The notes below the pieces were generated by a model. The model saw only the letters and a list, made by a program, of their open reading frames with translations, did no database searches and was not told the DNA's origin. The position numbers and the translations under genes are program-made. A stretch of DNA of 64,000 nucleotides from Candidatus Latescibacterota bacterium (GTDB lineage Bacteria > Latescibacterota > UBA2968): assembly GCA_965222605.1 (NCBI GenBank), contig OZ244960.1:3136001-3200000 (forward strand), written 5' to 3'. The stretch's first letter is position 1. Each line of letters opens with the position of its first letter. Shown here one piece after another: positions 37,966 through 47,001 of the stretch.

Positions 37966-38553
37966 ATGCGATTCCATTCTGCCGAATTTGTTACGAGTGT
38001 TGGTTTTTTGAGGCAGTTGCCCCGCGATGAGATGGCCGAGATTGCATTTGCAGGGCGTTCCAATGTGGGCAAGTCGTCGTTGCTCAATCGGCTGTTTAAC
38101 CGACGAAATCTGGCGAAGACCAGTGGCACGCCCGGCAAGACGCGAACCTTGAATTTTTACCGCGTAAACCAGGCGTATTATTTTGTCGATTTGCCCGGTT
38201 ATGGCTATACAAAGCGCAGTTGGCAAGAGCGCCAGGCGTGGGGGCAGTTGATTGAGGGGTATGTGCAGGATCGGCCTTCGATCAGGGGATTTGTTCAGTT
38301 GATCGATGCAAGGCACGATCCAAGCCGAGAGGATTTGCAGATGGTCGATTGGTTGGTACACGGCAAAAAGCCGTTTTTGGTGGTTGCCACCAAGGCCGAT
38401 AAGTTGTCTGGTCATAAACTCAAGAATCGATTGGATCAAACGCGCCGCATGCTCGCTTTGCACGGTGATTTTGAACTCATGCCATTTTCCGCTACGACGG
38501 GTCGCGGCAAGGACGCGGTTTGGCGATGGATTGGAGAGGTGCTGAATGCTTGA
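37966..38553 (+). CDS. engB: Ribosome biogenesis GTPase YihA/YsxC
   Basis: GRSNVGKSS, PGKT, DLPGYG, TKAD. Confidence 0.95.
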   Translation: MRFHSAEFVTSVGFLRQLPRDEMAEIAFAGRSNVGKSSLLNRLFNRRNLAKTSGTPGKTRTLNFYRVNQAYYFVDLPGYGYTKRSWQERQAWGQLIEGYVQDRPSIRGFVQLIDARHDPSREDLQMVDWLVHGKKPFLVVATKADKLSGHKLKNRLDQTRRMLALHGDFELMPFSATTGRGKDAVWRWIGEVLNA

Positions 38554-39646
38554 CTATCGGGTAAAAAATGCCGGGGAGATCCCCACGCCTGCGCTGTTGG
38601 TTTACAAGGAGGCGGTGGCGCATAATATTCGCGCGATTGGGGATATGATGGGTGGGTATGCGCGGTTGCGTCCGCATATTAAGACGCATAAGATGTCGCA
38701 GATTGCGCGTATGGAGATGGGTGAGGGGATTGATAAGTTTAAGTGTGCAACGCCCAAAGAGGCGGCGATGCTCGCTGCGATTGGTGCGACCGATGTGTTG
38801 ATCTCGTATCATATCGTGGGGGCAAATATCGGGCGCGTGGTGGATTTGAAGCGGTTGTATCCCGATGTCAATTTGAAAATTATTGCGGATGATGCGGATA
38901 ATATTCAGGCGTTATCCGATGCTTGCACTTCGGCGGATGTGAGTCTGGGTGTTATGGTGGATGTCAATACGGGGATGAATCGCACGGGGGCATTGCCCGG
39001 TGCGCCTTCATTGGCTCTGGCGCGGCAGATTGCACAATCGCCGGGGTTGTTCTTTGCGGGGTTGCACGTGTATGATGGGCATGTGGGTGATTTCGATGGG
39101 GATATGCGTCAGAAGATGGCGTTTGAGTCGATTGATCGGGCTGTTGAGACCCGGTGCCTGATAGAACGGTCTGGTTTTGAGGTTGAGAAAATGGTGGCTT
39201 CGGGGTCGCCGGGTTTTGAGCATACGCAACGGGTGGATGGGGTGGATGAGGTTTCGCCCGGTACGTGGATTTTTTGGGATATTGGGTATAGTGACAAGCT
39301 GCAGAGTCCCTTTCAATGGGCAGCACTGGTTTTGTCCAGTGTGATTAGTACGACTGCTGACAATCTGATCACGATGGACGCGGGGAGTAAGGCGATTGCG
39401 CCCGATACGCCTGCGCCCCATTTTCGAGCGATGGGGTTGCCAGATGATATTGCGTTTGTGCGGCGCAATGAAGAACACCAGTTGTTGTGTGTGCCGGAGG
39501 GCACACCGCGACCGCGTGTGGGCGATCAATTTTATCTGGTGCCGCGCCATGTGTGTACGACCGTGAATTTGTGGGATGAGGTGTGCGTGATTGATGAAAA
39601 CGGGATGTTTGTAGAGACATGGGCCGTGGATGCGAGAGGACATTGA
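38546..39646 (+). CDS. PLP fold-type III enzyme (D-threonine aldolase/DSD1 family)
   Basis: RPHIKTHK, GLHVYDGH, PRHVCTTVNL. Confidence 0.88.
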   Translation: MLDYRVKNAGEIPTPALLVYKEAVAHNIRAIGDMMGGYARLRPHIKTHKMSQIARMEMGEGIDKFKCATPKEAAMLAAIGATDVLISYHIVGANIGRVVDLKRLYPDVNLKIIADDADNIQALSDACTSADVSLGVMVDVNTGMNRTGALPGAPSLALARQIAQSPGLFFAGLHVYDGHVGDFDGDMRQKMAFESIDRAVETRCLIERSGFEVEKMVASGSPGFEHTQRVDGVDEVSPGTWIFWDIGYSDKLQSPFQWAALVLSSVISTTADNLITMDAGSKAIAPDTPAPHFRAMGLPDDIAFVRRNEEHQLLCVPEGTPRPRVGDQFYLVPRHVCTTVNLWDEVCVIDENGMFVETWAVDARGH

Positions 39647-41233
39647 GTGAAAAAGGAAAAGGTTCTGATCGGCGATTCTCTGGCTGATGGCTGGCAGGAT
39701 GTTTTTGCTTCTTCAGGTATAGAAGTCGATGTGAATACGGGTCTGTCTGAAGATGAATTGTGTGAGATTATTGGCGATTATGCCGGGCTGATTGTGCGCA
39801 GTGCAACGGGGGTTACGCGACGGGTGGTTGAGGCGGGTGTGAATCTTCGCGCGGTTGGTCGGGCTGGTGCTGGTGTGGATAATATCGATGTGGAAGCGGC
39901 CACTGAGCGGGGGATTGTGGTGATGAATGCACCGGGCGGCAATACGATTTCTGCCGCCGAATACGCGATGGCTATGATGATGGCGCTATCGCGCAATATC
40001 CCCCAGGCGACGGCATCGCTTAAAGCTGGCGAATGGGAACGCGGCAAATATACAGGTGTTGAATTATACGGCAAAATTTTGGGTATTATTGGCGTGGGGC
40101 GCGTTGGTCAGCAGGTGGCACGACGTGCCCATGCGTTTGGCATGACGTTGTTGGGTGCCGATCCTTTTTTGTCGGATGATCTGGCGCGGCAGTTGCATAT
40201 CCAGCAGGCTTCTTACGACGAGATTTTTGCCAGATCGGATTATATTTCGCTGCACGCAGCGTTTACGGATCAGACCCATCATCTCATTTCTGCATCGGCG
40301 CTTGCAAGGTGCAAGGATGGGGTGCGTATTATCAATTGCGCCCGGGGTGAGTTGGTGGATGAGGAAGCACTTGCCGAGGCGATTGAAATGGGGAAGGTGG
40401 CTGGGGCTGCATTGGATGTGTTTGACGAAGAACCGCCTTCGGCTGATCATCCGCTGATTAAAAGGTTAGAAGTGGTTTCTACGCCGCATCTGGGGGCTTC
40501 GACATTTGAGGCGCAGGAAAATGTGGCGCGGCAGATTGCCGTGGATTTGCGCGATGCACTGCAGGGTAAGCCGGTTCAAAGTGCCATCAATTTACCGCCG
40601 ATTGATCCCGAGTATTTCGATGCGATCAGCCCTTATTTGTCGTTGGCAGAAAAGGTGGGGTCGCTACACGCGCAACTTATGGGTGGGCATTTGCACAAGG
40701 TGGTTAATCGATATCAGGGTGTGATTCAGGAGTATGCTACGGCGCCGCTTTCGGCTGCGGTTTTGAAAGGTATTTTTGGTTATCAGGCTGAGGAGCCGGT
40801 GACGCTGGTCAACGCGCCTTTATGGGCTAAGGCGCGCAGTATTCGGGTTGAAGAGTCCAAGAGCAGTCACGCGGATTATAATAATTTGATTACGATAGAT
40901 GTCGAGACTTCGGAAGAGACGACGTCGATTTCGGCGACGGTTTTTGGGCGCCGGGATTTGCGATTGGTTCGCATAGATGATATTGAGGTGAAGGCCAAGC
41001 TCGAGGGGAATATGATTGTTTTGGGCAATCGAGATGTGCCCGGCGTGGTGGGGCATATGGGCAATTTGTTTGCTGCAAATGGGATCAATATTTCCGATAT
41101 GGCACTGGGACGCAGGAGCCAGGGCGGCGAGGCGATTATGGTTTTTAATATCGATACGCCGGTGCAGGATACGGTGATGGCCGATATTGTGTCTCAAGAG
41201 TTTGTGAACTGGGTTAAGCAGGTGAAGTTGTAA
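39647..41233 (+). CDS. serA: D-3-phosphoglycerate dehydrogenase
   Basis: GRAGAGVDNID, GVGRVG, TPHLGAST, C-terminal ACT domain. Confidence 0.93.
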   Translation: MKKEKVLIGDSLADGWQDVFASSGIEVDVNTGLSEDELCEIIGDYAGLIVRSATGVTRRVVEAGVNLRAVGRAGAGVDNIDVEAATERGIVVMNAPGGNTISAAEYAMAMMMALSRNIPQATASLKAGEWERGKYTGVELYGKILGIIGVGRVGQQVARRAHAFGMTLLGADPFLSDDLARQLHIQQASYDEIFARSDYISLHAAFTDQTHHLISASALARCKDGVRIINCARGELVDEEALAEAIEMGKVAGAALDVFDEEPPSADHPLIKRLEVVSTPHLGASTFEAQENVARQIAVDLRDALQGKPVQSAINLPPIDPEYFDAISPYLSLAEKVGSLHAQLMGGHLHKVVNRYQGVIQEYATAPLSAAVLKGIFGYQAEEPVTLVNAPLWAKARSIRVEESKSSHADYNNLITIDVETSEETTSISATVFGRRDLRLVRIDDIEVKAKLEGNMIVLGNRDVPGVVGHMGNLFAANGINISDMALGRRSQGGEAIMVFNIDTPVQDTVMADIVSQEFVNWVKQVKL

Positions 41234-41247
41234 AAAAAGGAAAAAAA

Positions 41248-42525
41248 ATGTCTGTTTCAGCAATTGTAGGTGCAAATTGGGGTGATGAAGGTAAGGGCAA
41301 GATGACGGATGTTCTGGCGCGGGATTCCGATTTTGTCATTCGGTTTCAGGGTGGCAATAATGCCGGGCATACGATTATTAATGAGTATGGGAAATTTGCC
41401 CTTCACCTTTTGCCTTCGGGTGTGTTTTATCCGCATACGACGAATATTCTCGGCACGGGGATCGCGTTGAATATTCCGGCATTTTTGAGTGAGTTGGATG
41501 ATCTCATCGCCCGCGGGGTTCCGAAACCGAATCTGTGTATATCCGAGCGCGCACAGGTGGTGCTTCCCTATCATCTTCTTATGGATGAATATGAGGAAGA
41601 GCGGTTGGGGGATCGAAAATACGGTTCGACGAAGTCTGGTATTGCGCCGTTTTATTCGGATAAGTATTTGAAGGTGGGGGTTCAGGTGGCGGATTTGTTT
41701 GATGAGGGCCGGTTGCGCGATCGCGTCGCGCGCGCTCTGGAGGTAAAAAATGTGCTTTTCGAGCATTTGTATCACAAGCCGGTTATGTCTCTGGAGCAGG
41801 TTGTGCCGGATTTGATGGCGTACGGAGAGCAGATTGAGTCTTATGTTTGCGATACGTCATTGCTGCTTCACAATGCGTTGAAAGAGAAGAAGAAGATTCT
41901 CGTGGAGGGGCAATTGGGGGCTTTGCGCGATCCCGATCACGGTATTTATCCCTATCCCACGTCTTCTTCTACTTTGGCGGGTTTTGCGTCGATTGGAGCG
42001 GGGATTCCGCCTTATTCGATTACGCAAGTTGTCGCTGTTGCAAAGGCGTATTCTTCTTGTGTGGGGGCTGGGCCTTTTGTTTCTGAGATTTTTGATGGGG
42101 AGGCGGATGAGCTTCGCGAGAGGGGCGGCGATGCAGGGGAATACGGTGCGACAACGGGACGACCCCGTCGAATGGGGTGGTTTGACGCTGTTGCAACGCG
42201 CTATGGGTGTCGCATGCAAGGGGCGACAGCGGTTGCGTTGACGCTGCTCGATGTGCTGGGTTATCTCGATGAGATTCCAGTTTGTACAGCTTATGAGATT
42301 GATGGCGAGGAAACAGAGGTGTTTCCAGTTCCTGCGCTTATAGACCGGGCGACACCTGTTTTGGAGAAATTGCCGGGATGGAAAACAGATATTTCATCGG
42401 TGCGTCGGTTTTCTGATCTGCCGACTAATGCACAGAGTTATGTCGAGCATATTGAGGAGTGGCTCGAGGTTCCGGTGAAGTGGATTTCCGTTGGGCCAAG
42501 GCGGGAAGATATTATTGAGTTGTGA
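41248..42525 (+). CDS. purA: Adenylosuccinate synthetase
   Basis: WGDEGKGK, GGNNAGHT, GATTGRPRR. Confidence 0.97.
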   Translation: MSVSAIVGANWGDEGKGKMTDVLARDSDFVIRFQGGNNAGHTIINEYGKFALHLLPSGVFYPHTTNILGTGIALNIPAFLSELDDLIARGVPKPNLCISERAQVVLPYHLLMDEYEEERLGDRKYGSTKSGIAPFYSDKYLKVGVQVADLFDEGRLRDRVARALEVKNVLFEHLYHKPVMSLEQVVPDLMAYGEQIESYVCDTSLLLHNALKEKKKILVEGQLGALRDPDHGIYPYPTSSSTLAGFASIGAGIPPYSITQVVAVAKAYSSCVGAGPFVSEIFDGEADELRERGGDAGEYGATTGRPRRMGWFDAVATRYGCRMQGATAVALTLLDVLGYLDEIPVCTAYEIDGEETEVFPVPALIDRATPVLEKLPGWKTDISSVRRFSDLPTNAQSYVEHIEEWLEVPVKWISVGPRREDIIEL

Positions 42526-42568
42526 TGATGTGAGTGTGTGGATCCTTAAGTCATTAAGATGAGAGAAG

Positions 42569-42636
42569 CCTGTCCAAAAGGACGGGCTTTTCTTGTCTCT
42601 AAGGACGATGTTTTGGGATCGCGAATGGGGTATTTT
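42569..42636 (+). promoter_or_regulatory. Tandem palindromic operator plus -10 box (site B); first palindrome may also terminate purA
   Basis: CCTGTCC-AAAA-GGACGGG...GTCTCTAAGGACGAT-21 nt-TATTTT, colinear without gaps with 25687..25754. Confidence 0.65.
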
Positions 42637-42720
42637 GAAGTAATCCGAACGAAACTCCGAACGTTTCGATTTTGTCAAAGAATACGCAGAATATTCAGAA
42701 TACCACACCAACCATAGTTT

Positions 42721-43431
42721 ATGGAGATAAACCCGATGCCGTCTCTTCCCGTTGGCGATTTTGTGCCGTCTGTGTCTGAAGTACGCACCCCGCGACGGAT
42801 GGATTATGAAGGTGAGTATATCGCGCTGTCTCCTCTCGCTTCCGAAAGGGATGCGCCCGGGTTGTTTGCATGTTCGCATAGGACAGAACACAAGGAGCAG
42901 TTGTGGACGTATATGGCGTATGGGCCTTTTGAAGATGTGTCGTCTATGCAGGAGTGGCTTGAGCAGATTGAGGGTTCGGAGGATCCGCTCTTTTTTGTTG
43001 TTCGAGATAAATTATCGGATCGGTCTATTGGGATGGTCAGTTTTTTGAATATTGCGCCCGATGCGCGGCGGTTGGAGCTTGGGAATATCTGGTATGGACC
43101 CGAGGCACAAAATACGTGTGCGAATACCGAGGCCGCGTATCTTATGCTGTGCGAGGCTTTTGATTGTATGAGTTATCGCCGCGTCGAATGGAAATGCGAT
43201 GCGCTCAATAAACGCTCGCGGTCTGCTGCGCTCCGCCTGGGGTTCACTTATGAAGGGCTTTTTCGCCAGCACATGATTGTTAAAGACCGCAATCGGGATA
43301 CGACGTGGTTTTCTATGCTGGATACAGAATGGCCCGCGATTAAAGAAAATATGGAAGAATGGTTGTATCAAAATCCCGATAAATCCTGGTCGCTGAGGGA
43401 AAAGAATCAAGAGTTGGGTTGCGCGAGGTAG
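42721..43431 (+). CDS. RimL-type GNAT acetyltransferase (alternative start 42736)
   Basis: YRRVEWKCDALNKRSRSAALRLGFTYEGLFRQH...RNRDT. Confidence 0.88.
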   Translation: MEINPMPSLPVGDFVPSVSEVRTPRRMDYEGEYIALSPLASERDAPGLFACSHRTEHKEQLWTYMAYGPFEDVSSMQEWLEQIEGSEDPLFFVVRDKLSDRSIGMVSFLNIAPDARRLELGNIWYGPEAQNTCANTEAAYLMLCEAFDCMSYRRVEWKCDALNKRSRSAALRLGFTYEGLFRQHMIVKDRNRDTTWFSMLDTEWPAIKENMEEWLYQNPDKSWSLREKNQELGCAR

Positions 43432-43691
43432 CGGTACATATCTTTCACATGACCGCCCATTCATGGCTCAAAATGTACCCTTTTGTATCCCGGAGTGTTC
43501 CGTTTGTATGTGTCTCTAAAGGCGATCCTTATATTCAAGTTAATGCAATACAGCATATTAAAAGCATGATGAGAATATTTGAGCCTCCGTCCATACAATT
43601 TATCGCTCAATTTCTGTGATGTTGGCTTGATATTTGCTCAGGGTCTGACTGTTGCGTGTAAAATTCACCTATCAGACTCAGGGCATTCCAC

Positions 43692-44621
43692 ATGGCCGAA
43701 TATGACTCTGTCTCCAAAGATCTGATCCAGACCTATCCCAAAGACTTTATCCGCCTCACACTTGAACAGGACGATGTAGAAGTCCTGGACATACTCGATA
43801 CGGAGCAAAACACGGTTGATACACGACATACCGATAGCCTCATCCGCGTCCATATTGCGGGCAAGGAGGCATTGATACATCACGAGTTTCAGACGACTGA
43901 CGATCCATCTATGCCGCTCCGCATGGCGGGCTATATTATACGTGCGATAGAGCAGCACGGTCTGCCGGTTTCTTCCAGTGTGATCTATTTGCGGCGCAGT
44001 GCAGGTCGGCGCGATCCGGGGCACTTTATTCAGGAAATATCCGGCCGTCGCGTTTTGATAGAATACACAGTGATTCGGCTCAGTGAGATAGAGGGACAGG
44101 ATATTATTGATGGCGGGCCTTCGGGCTTGTTTCCGTTCGTGCCGTTGATGAAACGGCCTGATAGGATAGATTCAGAAGCGTGGTTGCGTCACTGTGTTGA
44201 CGCGACGAATGCGCTGCCAGTGGATGAATCAATAAAGATTGACTTTTTAGGCAGGTTGATGATATTGAGTGGGTTAGAGTATGATCCAACACTAATCAAT
44301 CGTATTCTATCACAGGAGGGTCTTATGGATGCCATTATGCGCGAATCGTCGTTTGCACAATACCTTAAGCAAGAAGGCATTGAAGAAGGCATTGAGCAAG
44401 GTATTGAGCAAGGTATTGAGCAAGGTATTGAGCAAGGGGGCAGGCAACGTGCCATTGAAGATATCCTCGATGTGTTGGAGATTCGATTTGACCTGAGCGA
44501 AGCGCACCCTCTATCCACCCGCATTGCCTCCATTGACGATTTGCAACACCTCAAGCAGTTGCTCCGTGCGGCGATACAGGTGCCCAATCTCGAGGCATTT
44601 CAGCGCATGTTAGATGCGTGA
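43692..44621 (+). CDS. Rpn/YhgA-like PD-(D/E)XK nuclease with EQGI repeats
   Basis: YDSVSK, TDSLI...HHEFQT...MPLRM, MRESSF and (E/Q)GIE tandem repeats. Confidence 0.8.
   Translation: MAEYDSVSKDLIQTYPKDFIRLTLEQDDVEVLDILDTEQNTVDTRHTDSLIRVHIAGKEALIHHEFQTTDDPSMPLRMAGYIIRAIEQHGLPVSSSVIYLRRSAGRRDPGHFIQEISGRRVLIEYTVIRLSEIEGQDIIDGGPSGLFPFVPLMKRPDRIDSEAWLRHCVDATNALPVDESIKIDFLGRLMILSGLEYDPTLINRILSQEGLMDAIMRESSFAQYLKQEGIEEGIEQGIEQGIEQGIEQGGRQRAIEDILDVLEIRFDLSEAHPLSTRIASIDDLQHLKQLLRAAIQVPNLEAFQRMLDA
44370..44437 (+). repeat. 12-bp coding tandem repeat (GAGCAAGGTATT-like)
   Basis: Encodes QEGIEEGIEQGIEQGIEQGIEQG. Confidence 0.85.
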
Positions 44622-44633
44622 CGCGATTTCCCA

Positions 44634-45010
44634 ATGAGTGCTCTTAATAAATTTCACGACAAGGCTATGGATAAAGCGTTTTTCGCTGATCAAGAGCGGC
44701 GTCAAGGCAACGAGGAGCGGGCAGTAGCGTTGTTCGAGCAGGCATTAGATCTGGAGCTTAAGGCCCTCGCAGAAATAACCGAGCCTGTTGATCAGGATGG
44801 GCTAACCTGGTCCGTGCTGCACCGCAGTGCCGGTTGGCTGGCTTTGGACTGCACCGGCCGCGTTTAGCCGAGCAACTGGCCTGCAAAGCCCTCGCTGGCG
44901 ATCCGCATCCAGAGATTGCGGAAGAATTGCGCGACCTTCTGGCAGAGACCTATGCACGAATGCATCGTAAACCAAAGGGTGCCTCTATGGCCGAGACTGC
45001 TGATAACTAA
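44634..45010 (+). pseudogene. Helical hypothetical protein frameshifted near 44853
   Basis: ...VLHRSAGWLALDC continues in a shifted frame as RLAEQLACKALAGDPHPEIAEELRDLL...ADN*. Confidence 0.65.
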
Positions 45011-45036
45011 CCGATCAGTGCTGTATCTCATAATAC

Positions 45037-45075
45037 ACCAAACCCCAGACGATTTTCGCCTGGGGTTTGGTTTTG
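45037..45075 (+). terminator. Intrinsic terminator
   Basis: ACCAAACCCCAG/CTGGGGTTTGGT stem followed by Ts. Confidence 0.65.
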
Positions 45076-45090
45076 AATAAGGAGTCCACT

Positions 45091-45885
45091 ATGTCTCTCG
45101 CTGCCTGTATATGGGCACTGCCCTGCCCAGAGGAAATTGCTTTAGAGCAAGTTGCCGATGCGGGGTTTACGCATATTGATATTCGTCCGGGTTGGCTTCA
45201 GACAGCCGATCTTCAACAACGGGTGAAAGATCTCGGTCTCGCTGTTTCGTGTATTGCCGCTTCTGCGGATATGCCCGAGGGAGTGTCTCTGGCTGGGGAT
45301 AATCCACAATCCGCACGCGATCATGTGTGTCGCGCATTTGAACACGGAGCTTTGCTCGGTGCGACGACTGCGTACCTGGTGCCCCAGGGCGATGATCCCG
45401 ACCTGTTTGCCGAGTCTTTGAGCACGCTGGCTGAGCGGGCGCAAGATGCGGGTATCAGGCTGGCTGTTGAACACTTTCCCGGTACGTTTTTGCCGACGGT
45501 GCCGTTTACGCTCAATTATCTCGAGCAGATCGGCCATCCCAATCTCTTTCTGCTTTTTGATATCGGACATGCACAGATGGCGAATGAAGATCCCGCGGAT
45601 ATGATCGCGTTGGCAGGGGACCGTCTGGGTTATGTTCATCTCGATGATAACGATGGGGAGGAGGACCTGCACCTGGGCCTGTGCGATGGGGTGCTTACGC
45701 GGGAGGTGCTGCGATCTACATTCGCCGCGCTTCTTTCGGTCAATTATACCGGGAATATGAGTCTCGAACTCAAGTCGGATATTCCAGATCCTCTCGACGC
45801 GCTGAAGAGAAGCCGCGGGATTGTGATCGAAAGTCAAAAGCAACCACAGATGAACACAGATGAACACAGAGTGAGAGGCGGTTAA
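45091..45885 (+). CDS. Sugar phosphate isomerase/epimerase (xylose-isomerase-like TIM barrel)
   Basis: LAVEH, FDIGH, VHLDD, SLE; AAGGAG RBS. Confidence 0.85.
   Translation: MSLAACIWALPCPEEIALEQVADAGFTHIDIRPGWLQTADLQQRVKDLGLAVSCIAASADMPEGVSLAGDNPQSARDHVCRAFEHGALLGATTAYLVPQGDDPDLFAESLSTLAERAQDAGIRLAVEHFPGTFLPTVPFTLNYLEQIGHPNLFLLFDIGHAQMANEDPADMIALAGDRLGYVHLDDNDGEEDLHLGLCDGVLTREVLRSTFAALLSVNYTGNMSLELKSDIPDPLDALKRSRGIVIESQKQPQMNTDEHRVRGG
45845..45870 (+). repeat. CACAGATGAA tandem repeat
   Basis: CACAGATGAA-CACAGATGAA-CACAGA, read as PQMNTDEHR at the gene's C-terminus. Confidence 0.7.
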
Positions 45886-45910
45886 AGGCGAGACGCGAGA
45901 AATCCGCCTT

Positions 45911-46897
45911 TCACAGGTTGACCACGATCCGTCCGCGCATTTGTCCGGATAGGATGCGGTCTATTTGGACATTTAGTTCTTCCAAGTCGCATTCTACGAT
46001 TATGTTGTTCAGTGTATTGATTTTCCAATCTGTGGCGATCTTCTGCCAGATTTTTAATCTGAGGTCCATGGGGCATAAGACAGAGTCGATGCCGATTAGT
46101 TTTACGCCGCGGAGGATGAATGGATATACTGTGGTGTGCAGTTCCGGCGATGATACCAGGCCACAACAGGTTATCGCGCCGTGATATTGCGTTGTTTTGA
46201 TGAGTGTTGACAGGATGTTTCCGCCGACGGTATCTATTCCCGCTGCCCAGCGGCCCGATAGGATGGGCCGTCCAGAGTCGTCGTCCAATGTGCGCCGATC
46301 TATGACTTCATAAGCACCAAGTCCTTTCAGGAAATCAGTTTCTGACGCTTTTCCCGTGGCTGCCACAACCCGAAAGCCGTTTTTGGCCAATATTGCTACT
46401 GACAGACTGCCTACGCCGCCGGTTGCGCCGGTTACTACGATGTCGCCCTGGTCGGGCGTCACGCCTGTATTGATGATGTGATGGACTGATAGTGCTGCTG
46501 TAAATCCCGCTGTTCCATATCCCATGCTTTCTTTCAGGGTCAATCCTTCGGGGAGCCTGACCAGCCAATGCGCGGGTACTCTGATGAATTGTCCGAATCC
46601 GCCCGCGGTATTCATTCCCAGATCGTAGCCCGTGACCAATACGTTGTCGTCAGGTTGAAAGTCGGCAACCGTGCTCTCGACGACTTCACCCGCTGCATCA
46701 ATGCCCGGCGTGTGTGGATACGCCTGCGTTACGCCGCGGTGCCCGGTTGCGGATAGGGCATCTTTGTAATTTAGCGAGGAATAGCACACCCGTATCAATA
46801 CTTCGCCTTCGGGTAGTTCATCTATCTGTCGTTCCTCTATTGATCTCAAAAATTGATCCTCTGCTTCGCGTACGACCAGTGCACGAAATGATGTCAT
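45911..46897 (-). CDS. YhdH/AcuI-family MDR oxidoreductase
   Basis: YSSLNYKDAL, GTAGFTA, TGATGGVGS, PFILRGV. Confidence 0.9.
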   Translation of the reverse strand: MTSFRALVVREAEDQFLRSIEERQIDELPEGEVLIRVCYSSLNYKDALSATGHRGVTQAYPHTPGIDAAGEVVESTVADFQPDDNVLVTGYDLGMNTAGGFGQFIRVPAHWLVRLPEGLTLKESMGYGTAGFTAALSVHHIINTGVTPDQGDIVVTGATGGVGSLSVAILAKNGFRVVAATGKASETDFLKGLGAYEVIDRRTLDDDSGRPILSGRWAAGIDTVGGNILSTLIKTTQYHGAITCCGLVSSPELHTTVYPFILRGVKLIGIDSVLCPMDLRLKIWQKIATDWKINTLNNIIVECDLEELNVQIDRILSGQMRGRIVVNL

Positions 46898-47001
46898 GAA
46901 GTGTTCCTCCTTAACCTATAACCCAAAAATTGTCTCTCATTCGGTATTCATTACACTATATTACACGTTACAACTCTAATCCCAAACAATAGTATAACAC
47001 A

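Noticed and set aside
42644-42705. Short repeats TCCGAACG and AGAATA in the GNAT leader
   Set aside because: Too short to distinguish from chance.
43440-43690. Small ORFs or decayed gene between the GNAT and Rpn
   Set aside because: No RBS or family motif; only vague, stop-interrupted similarity.
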